This document shows, one piece after another, positions 21,520 to 31,341 of a DNA stretch of 64,000 nucleotides (the first letter of the stretch is position 1; each line of letters starts with the position of its first letter). A model generated the notes under the pieces. It saw nothing but the letters and a program-made list of their open reading frames with translations. It had not been told where the DNA came from and ran no database searches. The translations under genes and the position numbers were made by a program. Source of the stretch: an uncultured candidatus Porisulfidus sp. (GTDB lineage Bacteria; Pseudomonadota; Gammaproteobacteria; Poriferisulfidales; Oxydemutatoraceae); NCBI GenBank assembly GCA_965215125.1, contig OZ244052.1:1504001-1568000 (forward strand). The letters run 5' to 3'.

Positions 21520-21762
21520 ATGGATGAATTGATTTCTAACGAAGGTAATTTGAATTCTATATCGGAACTTGAAGCGCAAGTTTCAAGATTGCTTGATAGT
21601 CACGACAAACTAAAAGAAGAAAACAAATTGCTTCATCAACAAAACCAAGCCTTGGTTTCCGAGAACTCGGCATTAGCAGAGAAAAGCAGACAAGTAAAAA
21701 GCAAGATAGAATCGCTTTTAGGTCGTCTTAAGAATATGGAAGAGGAAGTTCCTTATGAATGA
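21520..21762 (+). CDS. Short coiled-coil ZapB-like/TIGR02449-type protein
   Basis: Heptad pattern (LEAQVSRLL..LKEEN..L) and KIESLLGRLKNME end. Overlaps the zapA start. Confidence 0.75.
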   Translation: MDELISNEGNLNSISELEAQVSRLLDSHDKLKEENKLLHQQNQALVSENSALAEKSRQVKSKIESLLGRLKNMEEEVPYE

Positions 21763-22105
21763 CGATAAGCGGAAAGTTGAAGTAAGTATTATGGGCAAAC
21801 TTTATTCCGTCCTATGCCCTCTGCAGCAACAAGAAGAGCTAGAGGAAGCGGTTTCATTCCTGAACAATCAAGCAGAAGATCTCAAGCATAGAGCCCAAGG
21901 CATGAAATCTTCGGAAGTGACCTGGAACCGAGACAATCTGCTGGCGGTAATCGCCCTAAATCTAAGCTATGAGCTAATAAAGCTCAATACTAGGGTTTCC
22001 GGCAAAGCAATGGAGGCTGAAAAGCTGGTCGAGCGGATTAAAAACAGTTTTGCGCAATCGGATGTTGACGATGCGGCGCATAAGATTTCTGAGATATCCC
22101 TGTGA
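21755..22105 (+). CDS. zapA: Cell division protein ZapA
   Basis: VEVSIMGKLYSVLCP, L..A...L, AVIALNLSYEL. Followed by 6S RNA. Confidence 0.85.
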   Translation: MNDDKRKVEVSIMGKLYSVLCPLQQQEELEEAVSFLNNQAEDLKHRAQGMKSSEVTWNRDNLLAVIALNLSYELIKLNTRVSGKAMEAEKLVERIKNSFAQSDVDDAAHKISEISL

Positions 22106-22276
22106 TGTACGTTAATCATCCATATAATCCTTTACCGTATTTAATACTTAAGGTGTGTTGCGATGATGCCGGTGTGCATGCTCAAACTAATGAGAAGCCT
22201 AAAGGTATTAGACGCAGCACCATTCCTATATCTGAGGGACTAGGATTCCGGGTGAAAACGGCATTGTCGGGGATGT
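22094..22276 (+). ncRNA. ssrS: 6S RNA
   Basis: 5' atccctgtgatgt pairs with 3' gcattgtcggggat. Internal tatttaatac and ggtgtgcatgctc..gagaagcct match conserved enterobacterial 6S segments. Canonical position after zapA. Confidence 0.85.
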
Positions 22277-22378
22277 CTCGCCTACTAGCGGCGACGGCAG
22301 TCGTGTTGTTTATCGAAAGATATACGACAAGACAGTCTAGCCGATTAACATTCTACAAAACTTAAAAGGGGATAGACA

Positions 22379-22768
22379 ATGGCTACGAAACGTAGAACTA
22401 TAAAAAGGCTAGTGAAGAAAAAGTCGGACGCTAATAAAAAGCGGTCGGTACTAGCCAAACGTAAAGCGGCGAGTGCCGCTCTGAAGAAGAAGGCTGCTCC
22501 TAAGACAAAGTCCACAACTAAGAAGAAGGCTGCTCCTAAGACAAAGTCCACAGCTAAGAAGAAGTCTACGACTAAGAAGAAGGCTGCTCCTAAGAAGAAG
22601 TCTACGACCAAGAAGAAGGCTGCTCCTAAGAAGAAGTCTACGACTAAGAAGAAGGCTGCTCCTAAGAAGAAGTCTACGACTAAGAAGAAGGCTGCTCCTA
22701 AGAAGAAGTCTACGACTAAGAAGAAGGCTGCTCCTAAGAAGAAGTCTACGACCAAGAAGAGAAGATAA
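22379..22768 (+). CDS. Histone H1-like Lys/Ala-rich DNA-binding protein
   Basis: Seven KKKAAPK(K/T)KST(T/A) units plus one half unit. GGGGA RBS upstream and a hairpin downstream. Confidence 0.8.
   Translation: MATKRRTIKRLVKKKSDANKKRSVLAKRKAASAALKKKAAPKTKSTTKKKAAPKTKSTAKKKSTTKKKAAPKKKSTTKKKAAPKKKSTTKKKAAPKKKSTTKKKAAPKKKSTTKKKAAPKKKSTTKKRR
22484..22753 (+). repeat. 36-bp coding tandem repeat
   Basis: aagaagaaggctgctcctaagaagaagtctacgact, about 7.5 copies. Confidence 0.95.
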
Positions 22769-22780
22769 TATCTCTTTTGT

Positions 22781-22811
22781 AATAAGCCCTGATGTCAAGT
22801 CAGGGCTTGTT
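22781..22811 (+). terminator. Hairpin, likely terminator
   Basis: aataagccctga-tgtcaag-tcagggcttgtt. Confidence 0.55.
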
Positions 22812-22833
22812 GCATATATAACCACTGATTGCT

Positions 22834-22909
22834 GGTACATTGCCCTCCCTGTAGGGGCGGACTTGCATGTCCGCCCTTAGGGTGGCAGGCGCAGCCTGAC
22901 GGTGTGGTT
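22834..22909 (+). repeat. Intergenic repeat copy 4: module A with nested GTAG-REP-like palindrome
   Basis: ccctccct[gtaggggcggacttgcatgtccgccctta]gggtggcaggcgcagcctgacggtgtggtt. Confidence 0.85.
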
Positions 22910-22924
22910 TGAGGGAATGTTTCC

Positions 22925-23950
22925 CTAAAATGTTAGCTGCCAGCCCAAGGTGTAAGCATAGTCGACCTCAAGCTGAGGTCCGTCCAAATGCTGGTAAAAA
23001 GGTAGTATAAATTCTGCCGCAAGGCGATGGCCTTTGAACATCCCGTGCGGTTGTATAAAGTTGATACCGATACCGAGTTCGGCGCGTTCGCCGCCGCGTA
23101 AATCCGTGCGTGCAGTAGGGACTGCTATTTCCATCATCTGTGGTATTCCCCTGTGTCGTCCAGATATATTGTTCCAAGATTTTCCGTTGAGGCGCACCGA
23201 AGCACTCAAATAATCGGAGTGTCGATATGCAACCCATGTGTTCGCATGGTATTCGTCTCCCAAGCGATAACCCTCATCGTTCTTACCCAATCGTTGCGTG
23301 GTTTTGAACTGCAACCCCCATGACCACTGCGGATTAAGACGAGTATAAGTTATGCCCATCATCGGGTCGTATGTGCCTGAACCGAGCTGCATCGGATAAG
23401 GCAAGATCACGTTCCTGTTTCCCATAGGCGTCGGTATTTCATCCATTTCGTCTGTATCGCCGGTAGGCAAACTCAAACCTAAATTTAGGTTCAAATTATG
23501 CGAAGATTCCTCGTCGAACTCTTCATCATAGAGTGTGTATATTCCCATTATTTTGGCATCACCTAAACCTTTGGAACGAGTTGTGAACCTCCCGAGCACA
23601 CGATGACGCAGATCCATAGATTTATCTACATAAGGCACCATTGCCATTAGGGTTAGGTTATTACCGACACCGTACATCGCGCCGAACATATGCATTTCCA
23701 TGGTCATTTCCAGTGGCGACACCGGGAACGACCTTAATACTTCGGCAGTGTTTATATTGCTGGAACCCGAACGATTACCGTCCATTTCCATACGCCTGTA
23801 GCGATAAGACAACATCAATTCTCCTTTTTTATGTCCGTGATCTCCCATGACCCCGATGGGTGCATGGCCATCGGGACGCGTCGGGGTGTCTGCATAAACG
23901 ATCTGTCCCACGCATATAGTAAGCAGAAATGTGATAAAAAGTATCTTCAT
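22925..23950 (-). CDS. Putative outer-membrane beta-barrel 'transporter' with His/Met-rich N-terminus
   Basis: Signal peptide, RPDGHAPIGVMGDH, LSLPTG, YPMQLGSG, C-terminal LGWQLTF (OMP terminal Phe). Confidence 0.7.
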   Translation of the reverse strand: MKILFITFLLTICVGQIVYADTPTRPDGHAPIGVMGDHGHKKGELMLSYRYRRMEMDGNRSGSSNINTAEVLRSFPVSPLEMTMEMHMFGAMYGVGNNLTLMAMVPYVDKSMDLRHRVLGRFTTRSKGLGDAKIMGIYTLYDEEFDEESSHNLNLNLGLSLPTGDTDEMDEIPTPMGNRNVILPYPMQLGSGTYDPMMGITYTRLNPQWSWGLQFKTTQRLGKNDEGYRLGDEYHANTWVAYRHSDYLSASVRLNGKSWNNISGRHRGIPQMMEIAVPTARTDLRGGERAELGIGINFIQPHGMFKGHRLAAEFILPFYQHLDGPQLEVDYAYTLGWQLTF

Positions 23951-24087
23951 TGAATAACTCCTGTTGTGTAGAAAAATTTAAGCGGTGTCAAATACATACT
24001 GACTTCTACAGAATCCGGTAATCCTGCCGGAAAAAGTATTTTTATTAGCGGGAAGCCCTATAAATAGTCTGCTATTATACACACGAA

Positions 24088-24786
24088 ATGGAATTTAGTA
24101 GTGCCTTGTATGAGTCCTTGTTGCGTCTGGTGAGCCTCGATCCCGACCTGCTGGAAATTATTTTACTGTCGTTGCGCGTCAGCCTGACTTCGGTGTTGAT
24201 TGCCTCCTTAATCGGCTGTCCGTTGGGCGCGTTGCTTGCAGTCGCCCGTTTCCCGACTCGGCACTTTTGGGTCAATTTGATAAATGCGTTTATGGGGCTT
24301 CCACCGGTTGTCGTCGGTTTGGTCGTCTACCTGCTATTGTCTCGTTCCGGCGCATTGGGAGTGTTGGAACTGATATATACACCGACTGCGATGATTATTG
24401 CCCAAACACTTTTGATATTGCCTATAATCACTGCGTTGGTGCGTCAAACCATAGATGATTTGTGGAGGCTCTACAGGGATCAATTGCTATCGTTGGGCAG
24501 TACCACGGTGGCTTCTATTCGCACTTTATTATGGGAGGCGCGCTTTAGTTTAATCACAGCGGTGCTGGCCGGCTTCGGACGTGGTATAGCGGAAGTTGGT
24601 GCGGTACTGATAGTCGGCGGCAATATCAACCATTCTACCCGGGTAATGACGACCACGATTGCACTGGAGACCAGCAAAGGTAATTTATCGTTGGCATTGG
24701 CACTGGGGATAATTTTGATAACCCTATCGTTGTTGATCACATCGGTTGCACAAATCGTTAAACGTTTTGAACCGATGTACCGTTAA
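24088..24786 (+). CDS. tupB: Tungstate ABC transporter permease
   Basis: NAFMGLPPVVVGL, LLSRSG, AGFGRGIAEVGA..IVGGNI..TRVMTT. Confidence 0.9.
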   Translation: MEFSSALYESLLRLVSLDPDLLEIILLSLRVSLTSVLIASLIGCPLGALLAVARFPTRHFWVNLINAFMGLPPVVVGLVVYLLLSRSGALGVLELIYTPTAMIIAQTLLILPIITALVRQTIDDLWRLYRDQLLSLGSTTVASIRTLLWEARFSLITAVLAGFGRGIAEVGAVLIVGGNINHSTRVMTTTIALETSKGNLSLALALGIILITLSLLITSVAQIVKRFEPMYR

Positions 24787-24801
24787 TTAGCGATAAAGAC
24801 G

Positions 24802-25503
24802 ATGGAACTTCAACTGCACCGCCTCAGCTACGATATCGGTAATCACCGTTTAATCGACAAGATTAATCTGCATAGTGCTACGCAACACTGCACCGCTTTA
24901 TTGGGTGAGAATGGTTCGGGCAAGACCTTGCTACTTTACTTATGCCACGGCTTGCTCAACCCGAGTGGTGGAGAAGTATTGTGGGCTATGCGTCCGCCGA
25001 GTGCTTGGCGAGGTGCAATTACGATGGTATTCCAAAAGCCGGTTTTGTTGCGGCGCAGTGCTTATAGCAATATAGATCACGCTTTGTACTTACAAGGTTT
25101 ACCGAAAGCGGCGCGCACCACACGCGTATTGGAAGCTCTGGATCAGGTCGGCATGACCGAATATAAGGAATGTCAGGCGCATGTGTTATCGGGCGGGCAG
25201 CAACGACGTCTTGCTATCGCCCGCGCTTGGGCATTACGCCCGTCGGTGATCCTCATGGACGAACCGACTGCCGATCTCGATATACATTCGGCAACGGCGG
25301 TGGAAGGCATTATCAAAAATATGCAGCGTAGCGGTATAAAAATAATGATTGCAACGCATAATTTGGCGCAAGTAAAACGATTATGCGACGAGGTCGTATT
25401 CATGGATCAAGGAAAACTGTTATGCCATTTAGGCAACGATGATTTTTTTGCAAAAGCAACCGAGCAGAAGATATGTACATTCATCAAATCGCAAGAATTT
25501 TAG
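24802..25503 (+). CDS. tupC: Tungstate ABC transporter ATPase
   Basis: GENGSGKT, MVFQKP, LSGGQQRR, MDEPTA. Lies between tupB and tupA. Confidence 0.85.
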   Translation: MELQLHRLSYDIGNHRLIDKINLHSATQHCTALLGENGSGKTLLLYLCHGLLNPSGGEVLWAMRPPSAWRGAITMVFQKPVLLRRSAYSNIDHALYLQGLPKAARTTRVLEALDQVGMTEYKECQAHVLSGGQQRRLAIARAWALRPSVILMDEPTADLDIHSATAVEGIIKNMQRSGIKIMIATHNLAQVKRLCDEVVFMDQGKLLCHLGNDDFFAKATEQKICTFIKSQEF

Positions 25504-26288
25504 TCGTTGTTTTAGCACTGAACACTTTCGTACAAGCCGAAGCGCGTCGCGTCGTATTGGCTTCCACGACATCTACCGATAATTCCGGTTTGTACGAGTA
25601 TTTGCTTCCCGAGTTTACCGCCGAGACCGGCATCAAAGTGGATGTGGTTGCGGTCGGCACCGGTCGCGCCCTAAAAATCGCCGAGCAAGGCGATGCCGAT
25701 TTGCTGATCGTACACGACGAACAGTCGGAATTGGCTCTCGTAGATTCCGGCTACGGCATAGATCGGCATACCTTTATGTATAACGATTACATACTCGTAG
25801 GTCCCGAGCAAGACACCATAGGAATAAGGAGTAGCGAGACGACTCGCATCGCACGAGCAATGCGAATGATCGCCGGCAACGCCGCACCTTTTATCTCGCG
25901 AGGCGACGACAGCGGCACGCATAAAAAGGAGTTGTCTTTGTGGGCTTTGTCGGGTGTAGACCTGAGTGCGCCGGGCGCATGGTATCGAGAAGTCGGTGCC
26001 GGTATGGGTGCTACGTTGAATATCGCAAACGAGTTATCCGCTTACACTTTGGCCGATCGTTCTACATGGATTAGCTTCAACAATAGAGACAATCTGGTAA
26101 TCGTCAAAGAAAACGACCCGTTGTTGTATAACTTCTACAGCATTATATTGGTTAATCCCGAGCGATGGCCGAAAATCAACTTCCGAGACGCGCGTCGTTT
26201 TTACCGTTGGTTGCTTTCGCCACAGGGTCTTGCGTTGATAGCGTCCTTTCGTGTTAACGGAAAGCAGCTTTTTTATCCGATAAAATAA
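25473..26288 (+). CDS. tupA: Tungstate ABC transporter substrate-binding protein
   Basis: LASTTSTDNSGL, VGTG.AL, FMYNDY, FISRGDDSGTHKKE. Confidence 0.9.
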   Translation: MYIHQIARILVVVLALNTFVQAEARRVVLASTTSTDNSGLYEYLLPEFTAETGIKVDVVAVGTGRALKIAEQGDADLLIVHDEQSELALVDSGYGIDRHTFMYNDYILVGPEQDTIGIRSSETTRIARAMRMIAGNAAPFISRGDDSGTHKKELSLWALSGVDLSAPGAWYREVGAGMGATLNIANELSAYTLADRSTWISFNNRDNLVIVKENDPLLYNFYSIILVNPERWPKINFRDARRFYRWLLSPQGLALIASFRVNGKQLFYPIK

Positions 26289-26445
26289 ACTGTTCGTCGG
26301 AAATTTTTGACGGCAAAGACGGGAAGAATATATAGTTAGCTTAAGCAAACTGTTTTAATAAATTATTATTTTATTGTTTAGAGTTTAGATATGATAAACT
26401 TTACCGGTTTAGAACCCACCGAAGATTGTATATGAGAGCTGAGTA

Positions 26446-28374
26446 ATGAGTGACTTTTTGAAAAACCTAGTTTTGTGGATTATCATCTCCGCCGTTATGA
26501 TGGCGGTCTTTAATACCTTTGTTGCTAAAAGAGAACCGCTATCGGATATCTCTTACTCGAGGTTTATTGCAGATGTAGAAAACCAGCAAGTGCGTAGCGC
26601 AGAGATTGATCCCGACAACCGAACGATCACCGGATATTATGTAGACAACCGACGCTTCGTCACCTATATGCCGCAAGACCCGCAACTCGTAACCCAATTA
26701 CTGGAGAACAATGTAGAGGTTATGACCAAACCGATAGAGAAGCCCTCTTTATTGGTTGATATTTTAATCAGTTGGTTCCCGATGTTGCTACTAATCGGGG
26801 TGTGGATTTTCTTTATGCGTCAGATGCAGGGTAGTATCGGACGCGGTGGTGCAATGTCTTTCGGAAAAAGCCGTGCGCGTTTGATGGAAGAGGATCAGAT
26901 CAAGGTAACATTCAAGGATGTCGCCGGTGTGGAGGAAGCCAAAGAAGAAGTGCTGGAATTGGTGGATTTCTTAAAAGACCCCGATAAGTTCCAAAAACTA
27001 GGCGGTCGTATTCCCAGAGGCGTAATGATGGTAGGATCTCCGGGCACCGGCAAAACGCTTTTAGCAAGGGCTATCGCCGGAGAAGCCAAGGTTCCGTATT
27101 TCTCTATCTCGGGTTCGGATTTTGTAGAAATGTTCGTCGGTGTGGGTGCTTCTAGAGTTAGAGATATGTTTGCTCAGGCGAAGAAACAAGCACCTTGCAT
27201 TATATTTATAGACGAGATCGATGCGGTCGGTCGTCATCGCGGAACAGGTTTAGGCGGCGGACACGACGAACGCGAACAAACCCTCAATCAGTTGCTGGTT
27301 GAGATGGACGGTTTTGAAGGTAACGAAGGCATCATCGTAATCGCTGCCACAAACCGTCCCGATGTGTTGGATCCGGCTTTGCTGAGGCCGGGACGTTTTG
27401 ATAGACAGGTCGTAGTGCCTCTGCCCGATGTGCGCGGCCGAGAGCAGATTCTAAAAGTACACATGCGCAAGGTGCCGTTGGCGGACGATGTGAAGTCGGA
27501 TTATTTGGCACGCGGCACGCCGGGCTTTTCAGGTGCCGATCTTGCCAACCTGGTCAACGAAGCCTCTTTATTCGCTGCCCGTTATGACAAGGAATATGTG
27601 GAGATGGAAGATTTTGAGCGCGCCAAAGATAAAATTATGATGGGGGCGGAGCGCAAGTCTATGGTGATGAGCGAGGAGGAAAAGAAATTAACCGCTTACC
27701 ACGAGTCGGGTCATGCCATCGTAGGTCGCTTGGTGCCGTCGCACGACCCGGTATATAAAGTAACGATTATTCCTAGAGGTAGAGCCTTAGGTGTGACGAT
27801 GTTTCTGCCGGAAGAAGATCGCTATAGCCACACGCGTCAGCGTCTCAATAGCCAAATATCCAGCTTATTCGGTGGCCGGGTTGCGGAAGAATTGATTTTC
27901 GGTTCGGAATCGGTGACTACCGGTGCTGCCAACGATATAGAACGGGCAACCGAGATTGCGCGTAATATGGTTACCAGATGGGGCTTATCCGATCGTATGG
28001 GGCCCTTAAACTATAGCGAGGAAGAAGGGCATCCGTTTTTAGGAAACAGAATGGCGCATCAACCAAAAATGTTCTCCGATCAAACCGCAAAGAATATAGA
28101 CGAGGAGACTTCTCGGATTATCTCCGAAAACTACGAGCGCACCAAAACCATTCTCGAGGAGAATATGGACAAATTGCACTTGATGGCGAAAGCACTCATG
28201 AAGTACGAGACCATAGACAGCAATCAAATCGACGATATCATGGAGGGCAAAGAACCGCGTCCGCCGGCAGGATGGTCGGACGACGGTGATATAGATAGAA
28301 CGCCGCCTAGAAAAGCACGACAAAGAAATCGGCGAAGCGAGGGTAAAATAGGAGGGCCGGCAAGTTCTCATTAG
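26446..28374 (+). CDS. ftsH: ATP-dependent Zn metalloprotease FtsH
   Basis: [21 protein letters not shown] region, HESGH. Confidence 0.98.
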   Translation: MSDFLKNLVLWIIISAVMMAVFNTFVAKREPLSDISYSRFIADVENQQVRSAEIDPDNRTITGYYVDNRRFVTYMPQDPQLVTQLLENNVEVMTKPIEKPSLLVDILISWFPMLLLIGVWIFFMRQMQGSIGRGGAMSFGKSRARLMEEDQIKVTFKDVAGVEEAKEEVLELVDFLKDPDKFQKLGGRIPRGVMMVGSPGTGKTLLARAIAGEAKVPYFSISGSDFVEMFVGVGASRVRDMFAQAKKQAPCIIFIDEIDAVGRHRGTGLGGGHDEREQTLNQLLVEMDGFEGNEGIIVIAATNRPDVLDPALLRPGRFDRQVVVPLPDVRGREQILKVHMRKVPLADDVKSDYLARGTPGFSGADLANLVNEASLFAARYDKEYVEMEDFERAKDKIMMGAERKSMVMSEEEKKLTAYHESGHAIVGRLVPSHDPVYKVTIIPRGRALGVTMFLPEEDRYSHTRQRLNSQISSLFGGRVAEELIFGSESVTTGAANDIERATEIARNMVTRWGLSDRMGPLNYSEEEGHPFLGNRMAHQPKMFSDQTAKNIDEETSRIISENYERTKTILEENMDKLHLMAKALMKYETIDSNQIDDIMEGKEPRPPAGWSDDGDIDRTPPRKARQRNRRSEGKIGGPASSH

Positions 28375-28430
28375 AACGGCTTGTTTTTACACCTAAGGTT
28401 TATATGTTTATACGTTGATGAGCGAGGTGT

Positions 28431-29792
28431 ATGGCTTCGGCAACTAGGTTTTTCGGTACCGACGGCATCCGAGGACGCGTAGGTCAACCACCGATGGATC
28501 CCAACACCGTACTCAAATTGGGCTGGGCAATCGGCAAAACTTTAGGTGCCGAGCATAATGCAAAGGTACTGGTAGGTAAGGACACCCGCATTTCCGGTTA
28601 CATGTTTGAATCGGCTTTAGAGGCAGGGTTATCGTCTGCCGGTGCCGATATCGGTTTGCTAGGTCCCTTCCCGACACCCGGTATTGCCTATTTGGGCCAA
28701 GCACTGAAAGCCTGCGCAAGCATTGTCATCAGTGCATCGCACAACCCGTATCACGATAATGGGATTAAGATATTTTCCAATCGTGCGACTAAACTTTCCG
28801 ACGCTCAGGAATATGAAATAGAGTATTGTTTGAAGCAACCGCTCGAAGATATAGATATCTCAAGTCTAGGAAAAGCCTTTCGTGTTTTGGAGGCGGAAGA
28901 TCTCTATGTGAATTTTTGTAAGCATGCATTGACATCTGAAGTGAACTTAAGAGGGATCAGAATAGTGCTTGACTGTGCGCACGGTGCAAGCTATCACATC
29001 GCACCTAGAGTTTATTCCGAGTTGGGTGCCGATTTAGAAGTGATAGGTGCGAAGCCTAACGGTTTCAACATCAACGACGGCGTGGGAACGATGCATCCGC
29101 AAATGTTGCAACATCAGGTTATTGAAAATGAAGCCGATTTGGGTATTGCGTTTGACGGCGACGGCGACCGTTTGTTGATGGTAGATGCTTCGGGCAACCT
29201 TATAGACGGTGATCAACTGTTGTTTCTACTCGCCAAGCATGCACACCGAAAGAATTATCTAGACGGTGGAGTGGTGGGCACCACAATGAGTAATCTGGGG
29301 TTGGAACTTGCGCTAGCCGAGTGTCACATTCCGTTTGCGCGCGCCGAGGTGGGCGACCGACATGTGTTGCAAATGCTAAAGCAAAAGCAGTGGTCTTTGG
29401 GCGGAGAGACCTCGGGTCATATCGTATGTTTGGATAAAATGACTACCGGTGATGCGATTATTGCTTCGCTACTTGTGTTGCAAGCACTGATATTGGACGA
29501 CTGCACCTTGGCGGATGCAACCGCGCCTATGGAAAAATACCCACAAGCACTGATTAACATATCAATTGACAAACCCCACAACGGCGATATGCCGAAAATT
29601 GATCCGGAAATTGAGCGTATTATTGATCAGGCATGCAAAGCCTTGGATAAAGAGGGGCGGGTGTTGATTAGACCGTCGGGCACCGAACCGGTGTTGCGTA
29701 TTATGGTTGAATCGCATGCCGAAGATACCAGCCGATTATGGGCTGATCGTATCGCCGACGCTGCGCGCCGACATTTGCCAAGCACCCCCTAA
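28431..29792 (+). CDS. glmM: Phosphoglucosamine mutase
   Basis: FGTDGIRG, ISASHNP, FDGDGDR, GGETSGH, RPSGTEP. Confidence 0.97.
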   Translation: MASATRFFGTDGIRGRVGQPPMDPNTVLKLGWAIGKTLGAEHNAKVLVGKDTRISGYMFESALEAGLSSAGADIGLLGPFPTPGIAYLGQALKACASIVISASHNPYHDNGIKIFSNRATKLSDAQEYEIEYCLKQPLEDIDISSLGKAFRVLEAEDLYVNFCKHALTSEVNLRGIRIVLDCAHGASYHIAPRVYSELGADLEVIGAKPNGFNINDGVGTMHPQMLQHQVIENEADLGIAFDGDGDRLLMVDASGNLIDGDQLLFLLAKHAHRKNYLDGGVVGTTMSNLGLELALAECHIPFARAEVGDRHVLQMLKQKQWSLGGETSGHIVCLDKMTTGDAIIASLLVLQALILDDCTLADATAPMEKYPQALINISIDKPHNGDMPKIDPEIERIIDQACKALDKEGRVLIRPSGTEPVLRIMVESHAEDTSRLWADRIADAARRHLPSTP

Positions 29793-30562
29793 TGCAATCG
29801 GCGGTTAAGCCCATAGCGATTGCTAATTGGAAGTCGCACGGTAGCTTCAAAGAAAATAAGATATGGACAGAGCGGTTCCGTTCTAGTCGGTTGCCGGAAA
29901 ATATACATTTGGTCATTTGTCCGCCGTTCCCTTACATTCCACAACTACTTGGGCTGTGTGAAGGAATGCAAGTTGCGGTGGGTGCGCAGAACCTAAGTGC
30001 TTATGAACCCGGTGCCTATACCGGAGAAGTTTCGGCGGAAATGCTTAGAGATTTGGGCTGTGAATATGTTATTATCGGACATTCCGAACGGCGTACTCTG
30101 TATGCGGAAGACGATTTACAGCTTGTTAGGAAGTTAAAAAGGGCTTTTGAATGTGGTTTGACACCTATATTTTGTGTGGGAGAGGCATTGCAACAACGAG
30201 AGAGTTCGCAAACCGAAACGGTGTTGAGCCGACAATTATCGGCTGTTGTGTCGGTTCTTAAAAGCCGGTCGTTTGTGCTAGCATACGAGCCGGTTTGGGC
30301 GATAGGCACGGGAAAGAATGCTACACCCGAACAGGCACAGCAAGCGCATAACTTTTTGCGCGAGCAATTAACCGATTGCTTGGGTGAGGCGGCGGACGGT
30401 ATTAGGATTGTATACGGTGGTAGCGTCAATCCGAATAATGCAGAGGCATTGTTTGCCGAGCGCGATATAAACGGAGGATTAGTCGGCGGTGCGTCGCTTA
30501 AAGCCGAAGATTTTTTACAAATATGCAAAACTTTAGGAGAAACAAAGGAACAGACTGACTAG
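29792..30562 (+). CDS. tpiA: Triosephosphate isomerase
   Basis: ANWK, GHSERR, AYEPVWAIGTG, YGGSV, LVGGASL. Confidence 0.98.
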   Translation: MQSAVKPIAIANWKSHGSFKENKIWTERFRSSRLPENIHLVICPPFPYIPQLLGLCEGMQVAVGAQNLSAYEPGAYTGEVSAEMLRDLGCEYVIIGHSERRTLYAEDDLQLVRKLKRAFECGLTPIFCVGEALQQRESSQTETVLSRQLSAVVSVLKSRSFVLAYEPVWAIGTGKNATPEQAQQAHNFLREQLTDCLGEAADGIRIVYGGSVNPNNAEALFAERDINGGLVGGASLKAEDFLQICKTLGETKEQTD

Positions 30563-30570
30563 GTGTATCT

Positions 30571-31068
30571 ATGCTATACAATTTTTTACTCGGATTAGAG
30601 ACCATACTTTCAATTATCATCGTGGTATTGATTTTGTTGCATCGCGGACGAGGCTCCGAAGCGGGTGCCGTGTTCACCGGTAGTACTTCTGCCACGATGT
30701 CCGGTTCCAGAAGTTCTACATCCTTTTTGACCAAGTTGATTGCGTCACTTTCGTTTGTATTTATACTTAATAGCCTCAGTCTAGCTTATATTGCCAATCG
30801 TGATTTCGGAAGCGGTAGCGTGATATTGGAAGAAGTAACCGAAACCGAAGATCCGGCTATAGATGATCTTTTTATCGACGGCGAGGATGACTTGCCCGTA
30901 GACGACGAGATATTCGTCGACGAATTGATAGACGATATACCCGACGAGATTATAGATGCGGAACCTGAGGGTGATACCTCCGATATCCCTACTCTGGAGG
31001 AACCTGTCCAAGAAACCGAAGCCGAAACCAACCCTCCGTCGGATATTCCGAGCGACGAGAATCCTTGA
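30571..31068 (+). CDS. secG: Preprotein translocase SecG with long acidic tail
   Basis: Two TM segments with LLH.G.G..AGA.F and GS..S..FLTK. Located between tpiA and tRNA-Leu. Confidence 0.85.
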   Translation: MLYNFLLGLETILSIIIVVLILLHRGRGSEAGAVFTGSTSATMSGSRSSTSFLTKLIASLSFVFILNSLSLAYIANRDFGSGSVILEEVTETEDPAIDDLFIDGEDDLPVDDEIFVDELIDDIPDEIIDAEPEGDTSDIPTLEEPVQETEAETNPPSDIPSDENP

Positions 31069-31112
31069 CGTTTGAGAAAACTTTAAGTACTTTTTAGTAT
31101 GAAATAAACGAT

Positions 31113-31197
31113 GCCGATGTGGTGGAACTGGTAGACACGCTGTCTTGAGGGGGCAGTGGCAATAGCCGTGCCGGTTCGAGTCCGGCCATCGGCACCA
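31113..31197 (+). tRNA. tRNA-Leu(GAG)
   Basis: gccgatg acceptor, ctgtc-ttGAGgg-ggcag anticodon arm, long variable arm, ggttcgagtcc, encoded CCA. Confidence 0.97.
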
Positions 31198-31201
31198 TAG
31201 A

Positions 31202-31276
31202 AACTATTCCCCTCCTTGTAGGGGCGGACTCGTATGTCCGCCCTTAGGGTGGCAGGCGCAGCCTGACAGGGTGGTC
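31202..31276 (+). repeat. Intergenic repeat copy 5: module A with nested GTAG-REP-like palindrome
   Basis: aactattcccctcctt[gtaggggcggactcgtatgtccgccctta]gggtggcaggcgcagcctgacagggtggt. Confidence 0.85.
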
Positions 31277-31341
31277 GTGGCGTGTCCGGCAACTACAGTA
31301 AATATACGCGGAGCAGTTGTATAATCCTAAGGTACAGAATC

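Noticed and set aside
22102-22365. 87-aa ORF after zapA
   Set aside because: Overlaps the 6S RNA and has no protein features.
22484-22753. 36-bp repeats as a possible CRISPR array
   Set aside because: Repeats are contiguous with no unique spacers, in-frame coding, and there are no cas genes.
22345-22840. Hydrophobic and Leu/Arg repeat ORFs on the minus strand
   Set aside because: Antisense readings of the 36-bp Lys repeat. The plus-strand ORF has an RBS and a downstream hairpin.
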